This document shows positions 57,412 to 64,000 of a stretch of DNA of 64,000 nt, piece by piece (the stretch's first letter is position 1; each line of letters opens with the position of its first letter). The DNA lies in the IMG/VR virus record IMGVR_UViG_3300037517_002797, one strand, 5' to 3'. Below the pieces are notes generated by a model. The model did no database searches, was not told where the DNA came from, and was given only the letters and a program-made list of their open reading frames with translations. A program made the position numbers and the translations under genes. Source of the stretch: an uncultured virus (IMG/VR IMGVR_UViG_3300037517_002797). Its lineage: Duplodnaviria; Heunggongvirae; Uroviricota; Caudoviricetes.

Positions 57412-58659
57412 CTAGCTTTCTTTTGTGTAGTACTTCTTCTTAACTGCCTGGCGGCTAAAGCCTTTGTCTGTATTGACTAACCACTCGCGGTCGCCGATTA
57501 GTTCGCCCTGCGGGCCATTTGGCTGTCCTTCAAGTGATGCCTTTGCAGCGTCAGCAATCCATTCAGCGGCCTGTACTGCAACTGCCTTGCCCCAAGTTGC
57601 AGACAACGGCGAGTAGTCTTTTGCGGCAGCGAATTCCCAGTCGTCTGGAAGACCCTGCAGTCGTGCAGCTTCGCGGTGAGTAATGCGACGCTCGAGTGTT
57701 GGGTGGATCACGTGATCAAGTGCACCGCCTGTCATAACGTGCGCCCACGAGTTTCCATCCCAACGGCACGGCATCGTAAATCCCATGTTGAAGTCACTGG
57801 CACGAAGCTTTTCTTCTTGTGCAAGCCAAGCCTGTGGAAACTGGTCGTTGTTCTTTGCGACAGCTTCTCGAAGCGCCTTGCTTACTGGAGTCATTGGCTT
57901 CCAACCATCGTTTCCAAGAATGTCAAAGATTTCTTTGATGCGCTGTCCTTCAAGGTTTGTTTTGTTGATGTGTCCGTCAACTACGCCACTTTCATTGCGA
58001 AGGTGCTCAACAAACTTTGATGGAGCCTTTCTGTACGGCTGCGGATCCCATGACATGTCGAGATCCTCAAGGTCACCAATTACGTCCATCATTGTTGGCA
58101 TTTCTGCTGGTGCAATTGCCTCTGCACCGAATGGCATTCCTTTTTCAACAGCAGTCCAGAAGTAACGCATGCGGTATGAAAAACCACCAACCTGAAGGTT
58201 GTTCATCTTGACATGGTACAGGTCATATTCTTTTCCAGAAAGCTCTTCAACCATGTCGCGGTACTTAATCATTGCATCGCGCCCTTGAGTAAGCGCCTGT
58301 TGCACGCATTCAAAGATAATCATCTTCGGCTTGATGCGCGCGGCGTACTTCATAAATGCGCGAGTGTGCTCGTGTGCCTTTGCGTCAGGACCGCGGTTTG
58401 CAGGGCCAGACCACACCGACCAACCAGAGCATGGAGGGCAGCCAAGTACGATGTCGGCTTTGTTGTCTGGCCATTCATTTGGATCATCTGAAAAGAATGA
58501 AGACCAGTTGTCGCCAAGATGCTTGCGGTTTAGCTCAGCAACACGGTTGCCAAAGTTCAAAGTTCCTGTGCGGACATTCATATCAATGCCCTTGTTTACA
58601 AAGCCAAGGCTCATAAAGCCAGCGAGGCCGTTGCAGTCGTTAAAAGTAAATTCTGACAT
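57412..58659 (-). CDS. C5-cytosine DNA methyltransferase homologue with non-canonical cofactor motifs
   Basis: GCPPCSGWS (IV), FECV (VI), RMR (VIII), REAARLQG.PD (IX), GKAV (X). Confidence 0.85.
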   Translation of the reverse strand: MSEFTFNDCNGLAGFMSLGFVNKGIDMNVRTGTLNFGNRVAELNRKHLGDNWSSFFSDDPNEWPDNKADIVLGCPPCSGWSVWSGPANRGPDAKAHEHTRAFMKYAARIKPKMIIFECVQQALTQGRDAMIKYRDMVEELSGKEYDLYHVKMNNLQVGGFSYRMRYFWTAVEKGMPFGAEAIAPAEMPTMMDVIGDLEDLDMSWDPQPYRKAPSKFVEHLRNESGVVDGHINKTNLEGQRIKEIFDILGNDGWKPMTPVSKALREAVAKNNDQFPQAWLAQEEKLRASDFNMGFTMPCRWDGNSWAHVMTGGALDHVIHPTLERRITHREAARLQGLPDDWEFAAAKDYSPLSATWGKAVAVQAAEWIADAAKASLEGQPNGPQGELIGDREWLVNTDKGFSRQAVKKKYYTKES

Positions 58660-58719
58660 GTGTTCTCCGTTGTTGCCGTTTATTCAACTGTATCCGGTGA
58701 CGCCAGAAAAAGTGGTAAC

Positions 58720-59001
58720 TTACTTTTCGCCTACTTCGTACCCGCAGGCAGCGTAGCCAGCGATATCTACCCAGGTATCTGGTTGGAATCCAGACTTAGA
58801 AGCGTATCTGGCCACTTTTACAGCAACCATCGCCATAGCAACATCTTCTTGAGTAACTTCAATTCCAAAGATTACTGACCATAGTTTGGCAATTCTTGTA
58901 AAGTTCTCTTCTGGACCGCCGTACTGCGCATCGCGCTGGCCAGTGATAATCGTGGCTGCTTCGTCCAAACAGCGAGTTCTTCCATTCTTAGCTTTCGTCA
59001 T
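58720..59001 (-). CDS. DUF6378-like protein
   Basis: L.EA..II.G.R...YG....NF.RIA.LW...VA..M...K.AR...D.WVD.AGY. Confidence 0.8.
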   Translation of the reverse strand: MTKAKNGRTRCLDEAATIITGQRDAQYGGPEENFTRIAKLWSVIFGIEVTQEDVAMAMVAVKVARYASKSGFQPDTWVDIAGYAACGYEVGEK

Positions 59002-59191
59002 TTTCTACCTTTGTTCTTACATATACTGTTGCTTTATAGTCATTTGACGCCGATGGCTCAATGTGTATTTCGGTATCATGCGGAAGTTCAATTTCGTCGT
59101 TTTCCATAAATTCTTTCCAATTTCTCAACGCCTGCTCTTTTATCTCTTCTAGCGTTGATCCAAATACTTCAAATTCAATTGCTGCTCTCAT
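58988..59191 (-). CDS. small acidic protein
   Basis: Coupled in operon. Confidence 0.65.
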   Translation of the reverse strand: MRAAIEFEVFGSTLEEIKEQALRNWKEFMENDEIELPHDTEIHIEPSASNDYKATVYVRTKVENDES

Positions 59192-59427
59192 GCGAGTGCT
59201 CTTTTCTCCAGTGAGTATGGTGAGTGATGTGTTTCTGGTAATTCTGGAAGTATGCCATCAATGCTGCGAACAATCACGTCGCCTCCACCAACTGCAAGTA
59301 CTTCGCAAAAGCGTCCGTTGTGTATTTCTCCAACGACACCTTGGTATGCGTTTAGTTTGACGCGAACAATGTCGCCAACGTTTGTATCTTTTAGCGATAC
59401 TTCACTCCAAGTTACTTCTGAGGACAT
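59188..59427 (-). CDS. small SH3/KOW-like protein
   Basis: VGDIVRV...G..CEV pattern; GGAGG RBS. Confidence 0.55.
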   Translation of the reverse strand: MSSEVTWSEVSLKDTNVGDIVRVKLNAYQGVVGEIHNGRFCEVLAVGGGDVIVRSIDGILPELPETHHSPYSLEKRALA

Positions 59428-59873
59428 TGCGCCTCCGGGCATGTTGAAGTGTCAAAGTCGTCAAGAGCTCGAGTGCATGTGCTGCACTTTACGCCGTCAG
59501 CTTTGACCTTGTATCCTTTAAGTTGACGCTGTCTGTTTACTTCCATTTTGTTGACGTAGTACTCATCAAGTTGCTCGTCAGTTCCACCTACAGCACAAAT
59601 GATATTGGCAACGAAGTGAAGAATATCTACGCATTCCTTGACTACTGCATCACGGTTTACATATGGATCATCATGTTGCCAAGGCTTCCATGAGATTTCC
59701 TTGCGAACTTCCGCAAGCTCGTCGTCAATCGCAAGCATGTTCCAGCGCAGGTACTCGATGATGTTGTTGAGCTTGTACGGTTGATCGCCTTCAAACTTAT
59801 GATAAATGACTCCGTACGCTTCTTCTTGAAGCTCTTTTGTTTTCTTGAGCCAATCGTTGAATAGTATGCCCAT
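59412..59873 (-). CDS. all-alpha dNTP pyrophosphatase (dimeric dUTPase/MazG-like)
   Basis: DELAE...WKPW...ECVDILHF...Y..K...N..RQ..GY. Confidence 0.8.
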   Translation of the reverse strand: MGILFNDWLKKTKELQEEAYGVIYHKFEGDQPYKLNNIIEYLRWNMLAIDDELAEVRKEISWKPWQHDDPYVNRDAVVKECVDILHFVANIICAVGGTDEQLDEYYVNKMEVNRQRQLKGYKVKADGVKCSTCTRALDDFDTSTCPEAQCPQK

Positions 59874-60877
59874 TAGATTCCTATCTCTCCTTTTAGATGA
59901 TTTACTGCGTGTACAGGGTTGCGAACCACGTTGACATATTGCTCTCGCTGAGCAACTGCAATTTCATATCTATCAAGCGCCGACATTTCTTCTATTCCAG
60001 CCGCTAGATGATTCCAGTCTTTACCGATAGTTGAGCTAATGCGCCACTCTGTTGCAATTGGAGTAAGCGCGTTCATTGCTTGAATAAACAATGGAGACCA
60101 CCACAACAACTTATCATTGTGTGGACCGATAAGCACTCCAAGTGAGTTTGACACTTTTTCAACAACGTGCTCGTCTGTCCAGGTTCTGCTTTCTTTGGCT
60201 ACGTCTGTTGGGTACATTAAATGTTCAGCAGTGTCAATGCACCATTTAGCCTTCGTGTTTCCAACAATCCAATAGTTCTGCCTGTTCTTTAGTGCCATGC
60301 CGTCTTCAATAAATATTGAATCAAGGTTTACGCCAGAGAAAGAACTGTTCATTGACTCTGGAATACCTGGAGAGTCAGACACGCTCTGATCTACTGGAAG
60401 CTTTGGGTAGATAGTTTTTGGCCATTTTTCAGAAAGCAATATTTTTGCTCCAGCGATCACTTTGTCTTTTGATTTTTTATTTTGCGTGACTTCTTTGAAT
60501 TCTTTTCTTGACGAGTATAGTTGCTTTACCAACCGCGAGTTTTCTTTGTCAATTGACCTAAGGCTCGCATGGATCTTAGTAGGCTCTGGCGCATCTACAA
60601 ATAGTCTAAGCTTTTTACTTCCATACAGTGTGGCAATTAGCGCAAGAATTCCGTATGTCTTGTTTGCAGTCATACTGAGCATCGGTGCAACGCCTGCAAG
60701 AACTACGTCATACTCGTCAAAATCTTTTTTTGTCCACAAAACGCTAGGGTCTGCCCAAACAACCTCGTGCCCGTCTTTAGTAAGAGCATAGTCAATTGAA
60801 CCGGCAAAAGAAAAGTTTCGCCGACTTAAAGCCTGTGAAGATTGCGACGCAGTCATTCCGCATATTAGCACTTTCAT
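59873..60877 (-). CDS. putative GT-B glycosyltransferase-like protein
   Basis: MKVLICG, GHEVVW, YDVVL, late QAM...TPI; operon context. Confidence 0.45.
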   Translation of the reverse strand: MKVLICGMTASQSSQALSRRNFSFAGSIDYALTKDGHEVVWADPSVLWTKKDFDEYDVVLAGVAPMLSMTANKTYGILALIATLYGSKKLRLFVDAPEPTKIHASLRSIDKENSRLVKQLYSSRKEFKEVTQNKKSKDKVIAGAKILLSEKWPKTIYPKLPVDQSVSDSPGIPESMNSSFSGVNLDSIFIEDGMALKNRQNYWIVGNTKAKWCIDTAEHLMYPTDVAKESRTWTDEHVVEKVSNSLGVLIGPHNDKLLWWSPLFIQAMNALTPIATEWRISSTIGKDWNHLAAGIEEMSALDRYEIAVAQREQYVNVVRNPVHAVNHLKGEIGI

Positions 60878-61605
60878 ACTAGGTCACCGTTCTTGCTTGC
60901 AATGTACGCAGACGGTATCCCGACATCAAAAGCTTTGACATCATACAGATGCGTTGGCCATCGCATAATTGTATTTAGGTATGGACCAATTTTCATTTCA
61001 GAAGACTCTTTGCGATTAGCCCATTCATTTGACAGTATGTCAAAAGCTCTGCTTGTTTGAAATACTACTGGACCGCACCATACCTTTACGTTTCCATCAA
61101 TCCAAATATCGTCTATTCCGACTGCTGTTCCTTCAACAAACTTATAGTTTTCGTTGTCGTTTTGCGCGTGCTGGATTCTTGTAAACCGAGAAGCCTGCTC
61201 AAGAGTCACTGTTCGGACTCCGATTGCGTCGGTCTGGTTTACTCTACTGTTAAAAGCCATGTCAACTACAATGTCTTGATCCATCACATTGTCGCTCATA
61301 AGCAGCATTGTTTGATCGTGAACCGCGTCAGACAGTCCGATCATTGTCGCGTGTCCTGGCCCTGCTGGTTCTTCTTGAACAACAAGTCGTACCCATTTTG
61401 AATACGAAGAAAGCGCTTCACTAATGTCGTTGTAGTTTGCACTAGAAGCAACAACAGTTACTCGCTCAACTCCAGAAGCAGAGGCGTATTCAACAGCATA
61501 AGCAACCAAAGGCATGCCATTGATCTCAAGCAGAGGCTTGTAGAACGGCTTTGCCAGTCCTTCCATACGCTGACCACGGCCTGCGGCAAGGATTACTGCT
61601 TCCAA
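60874..61605 (-). CDS. sugar-phosphate nucleotidyltransferase
   Basis: AVILAAGRGQRM, KPLLEING.P, QEEP.G.GHA, DVG.P. Confidence 0.85.
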   Translation of the reverse strand: MEAVILAAGRGQRMEGLAKPFYKPLLEINGMPLVAYAVEYASASGVERVTVVASSANYNDISEALSSYSKWVRLVVQEEPAGPGHATMIGLSDAVHDQTMLLMSDNVMDQDIVVDMAFNSRVNQTDAIGVRTVTLEQASRFTRIQHAQNDNENYKFVEGTAVGIDDIWIDGNVKVWCGPVVFQTSRAFDILSNEWANRKESSEMKIGPYLNTIMRWPTHLYDVKAFDVGIPSAYIASKNGDLV

Positions 61606-62111
61606 CGCCAGTCCTGCTTTGCCCAGATGAAGTCCCAGCCTGCTTCTTCTGCAGGACCTTTTCCTTCAATTCTGTCGTCAATGTACACACCAGACGAGTC
61701 AAGGCTTTCAAGTATTTCCTTGCGAGCGTCAGTTGTAACACTTGCAGCTACGAGATTGTCAGCATTAAGTCCAAGCTCTTGAAGTATCACAGTTGCAGTT
61801 GCTTTTGCAGCGCCAGTGACATAAAAAACTCGAGCTCGCATATCGTGCTCAAGCGCACGCATAATTTCAGCAAACGGAAGCGCATTCTTTAGTGCCGCGC
61901 CTGCGCGAAGTACCTCGATGTACGCCTCTGTCTTCTTTTCATGAAGCCTGCGAGCTTTTTCGTGCGACCCAACCGCAGAAGGCAGCCATGTCTGCCACGG
62001 GTGGCCCCAGGCTTGCATCGGCATTTCAATTCCAACGTACTTGTAAGACTCGATGACTAAGCTTCGAGAGTCAACGAGAACTCCGTCAATGTCTGAACAC
62101 CATGTTGCCAT
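61593..62111 (-). CDS. HAD superfamily phosphatase
   Basis: DIDGVLVDS, VTG, YIDD. Confidence 0.85.
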   Translation of the reverse strand: MATWCSDIDGVLVDSRSLVIESYKYVGIEMPMQAWGHPWQTWLPSAVGSHEKARRLHEKKTEAYIEVLRAGAALKNALPFAEIMRALEHDMRARVFYVTGAAKATATVILQELGLNADNLVAASVTTDARKEILESLDSSGVYIDDRIEGKGPAEEAGWDFIWAKQDWRWKQ

Positions 62112-62113
62112 AC

Positions 62114-62875
62114 TTAATTCCTTTCAATAGCTCTGTGTAGTACTTCAATTACGCGAGGCAGCGAGTCGGGTATGTTTCGTTTGACATACGGAATTGCACG
62201 CATTACGTGAACAACCGCCCATGCCTCTCCAACCTCAAATAGCTCTTCATCATTTACAATGTCTGCAATGTCATTGTGGCTGTACGCAAGCATTCCATTG
62301 TTGTACTTGGCGTGCTCCCATCCATAGGCGCTTTGAAGCATTTTGCCAACATCAACAGCAGGAGAGTCTGGTACGACTTCAGTTGCTCTGATTGGATCAA
62401 TCAACACGTTGCCATAGCCAAGACGAAACATGACATTTTCTGCCGTAGGATCCCCGTGAGTCAATGCATGCTTGAGTCTGTACGCGCCTACAGCCGCTTT
62501 TGTTGCGTCTGCAATGATAGCGTCGGCTGCAGTGCTACTGATAAGTCCAGAAAGATGACGATCAATAGTTGCTTGCATCTTTTCTTTAAGAAGATTATGT
62601 GTGTTTGTCGTTGGCGGAACCACCGCGGGCTGCGACCACACATGGCGAAGAAGAGCTACGTGAACAAATGAGTTGTCAATATTCCAGTAGTCAATGTACT
62701 CAAGCTTTTCCATGACATAGCCATCGTCAAGAAGACTGACAATGCTTGGAAAAACATGACTTCCATGCTGAATGATCCATTCGCCTTGCTCGCGTGTTCG
62801 CTCTGGAATTCCACCTGACTTGGTAACAGTGCCATCGCCATTATCAATGACAATGGCGCCAGATAGACCCCTCAC
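62114..62875 (-). CDS. APH/choline kinase-like phosphotransferase
   Basis: GLSGA, Y.ME, HGDPT.ENV, LIDP, DVGKM.QS. Confidence 0.8.
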   Translation of the reverse strand: MRGLSGAIVIDNGDGTVTKSGGIPERTREQGEWIIQHGSHVFPSIVSLLDDGYVMEKLEYIDYWNIDNSFVHVALLRHVWSQPAVVPPTTNTHNLLKEKMQATIDRHLSGLISSTAADAIIADATKAAVGAYRLKHALTHGDPTAENVMFRLGYGNVLIDPIRATEVVPDSPAVDVGKMLQSAYGWEHAKYNNGMLAYSHNDIADIVNDEELFEVGEAWAVVHVMRAIPYVKRNIPDSLPRVIEVLHRAIERN

Positions 62876-64000
62876 GAGAAAGCGCTTTCAATCAATATCT
62901 CTGCACTCTTGCGTGGATCATTTCGTGTCCTAAGTACTTCGCGGTTGTGCTTTGCGATACTAAAGCGATCAGCATCTGAAATCTCAAGACATTGTTCAAA
63001 CGCTTCTTTGCACTTGCGAATAATCTCAAGGCCGTCTTCTTTAACCAATCGTGATTGCGTTGGCGATCCTTTGTACCAGTCAAGAACAAGCATTCTGAAC
63101 TGTGGATCAGATAAGTGACCTGGGACAATGCACATTGCACCAGCGTCTGCTGCCTCGAGCGACGAATACTCAACAAGTCCTCGTGCAAAATTGTGCGCAG
63201 TAAGGTTCATGTGAACACGGAACCTTGATGCAATAGCTGCTGAGTCCATGTAGTTTCCAAGATAGCGAACTAGCGCGTGTCCAGGAATTCGTGCGTCCCA
63301 CGGGTAAGGCGTGATGATGTTTCCATCAGCGCCCTTTGTTGGATCAACACGCTGAGCATAGCGTTTTGTCTGCGCTCCAAAGTGGTCACGAAGTTGCTCG
63401 TAGACAATGTATGTTGGCGATGGACCAAGCCCTACTGAACACGATCCCCAGATTTCAACAGTGACGTGCTCTGGAAGCTGTGCGCCGGCCAATGCAACAA
63501 CTGGCTGTCCCTTGTTGTATATGAAGCGCCCAGAGGTGCCAACAGTCCAGTCATTTGTTATCGGCGCGTCAATGTCAAACTTTGGAATGTATGGCATGCA
63601 GCCTTTGATCCAGTCCATTGACTTAAAAAGCTCATTGCTATCTCGAGCAGAGTCATCGCTCATCGTGACGAGTTTTGCGCCTCGTGACGGCGACTCAAGA
63701 AGCTGCGGCACGAATGGAATGTCTTTTTCTGGATAAAACGATCCATGAAGTGACGTAGTCCACTTTGTCTTTGTTCTGCGCAATGCATCAACGTATTCTG
63801 GAAGCACTGGCTGGCCAGTCTTCGCGGATTCTTTGATTGCTGTTTTGTCGTGCAATGGCACCTTAATTTCAGGAAGCACAATCATGTCATAGGTGTCAAG
63901 CGTCTCAACAAGATGCGCTGTCTTTACAACAACATCTGGCGCTTCACTCCACCATCGGCCACCTGGTTGTGGCTTTCCCCAAGATGCTCGGGTCTTTCCA
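62872..64000 (-). CDS. putative GT-B glycosyltransferase, 5' end outside window
   Basis: Frame open to window edge; SGRF..NKG, EYSSLEAADAG. Confidence 0.6.
   Translation of the reverse strand, partial: GKTRASWGKPQPGGRWWSEAPDVVVKTAHLVETLDTYDMIVLPEIKVPLHDKTAIKESAKTGQPVLPEYVDALRRTKTKWTTSLHGSFYPEKDIPFVPQLLESPSRGAKLVTMSDDSARDSNELFKSMDWIKGCMPYIPKFDIDAPITNDWTVGTSGRFIYNKGQPVVALAGAQLPEHVTVEIWGSCSVGLGPSPTYIVYEQLRDHFGAQTKRYAQRVDPTKGADGNIITPYPWDARIPGHALVRYLGNYMDSAAIASRFRVHMNLTAHNFARGLVEYSSLEAADAGAMCIVPGHLSDPQFRMLVLDWYKGSPTQSRLVKEDGLEIIRKCKEAFEQCLEISDADRFSIAKHNREVLRTRNDPRKSAEILIESAFS

Noticed and set aside
1..64000. Stop codon reassignment
   Set aside because: Conserved genes are full length in the standard code and all three stops end genes

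Overview
This window is a gene-dense segment of a large tailed dsDNA phage, most likely infecting an actinobacterium. Evidence for the host: two WhiB regulators, a DUF3039-like protein, a Nei glycosylase, an MSMEG_6728-like protein and many leaderless TANNNT-N6-start genes. Layout: (1) 1-7.2 kb, a minus-strand arm of small genes sharing a CTANGGAA-NN-TANNNT promoter motif, with a CHAP/PG-binding protein, a TerS-like gene, a holin and tRNA-Thr(UGU). (2) About 7.2-7.6 kb, an AT-rich strand switch with a perfect 18-bp inverted repeat. (3) 7.6-30 kb, accessory genes: large surface protein, fatty acid desaturase, nuclease, 2OG oxygenases, class II RNR, repair and lysis genes. (4) 30-35 kb, serine recombinase, primase-helicase and phosphoesterase. 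(5) 35.5-55.9 kb, collagen-like and tail fibre genes, then an FN3 protein ending in 12 PP[YF]F repeats, directly followed by eight 2OG-Fe(II) oxygenases, two atypical GPx-fold proteins, glycosyltransferases and methyltransferases. This is a candidate virion-protein hydroxylation/glycosylation system. (6) 57.4-64 kb, a candidate DNA hypermodification operon centred on a C5-cytosine MTase homologue whose motif X has Asn->Lys, the change known to give carboxymethyltransferase activity in engineered enzymes. All family calls are from motif recognition by eye; no searches were run.
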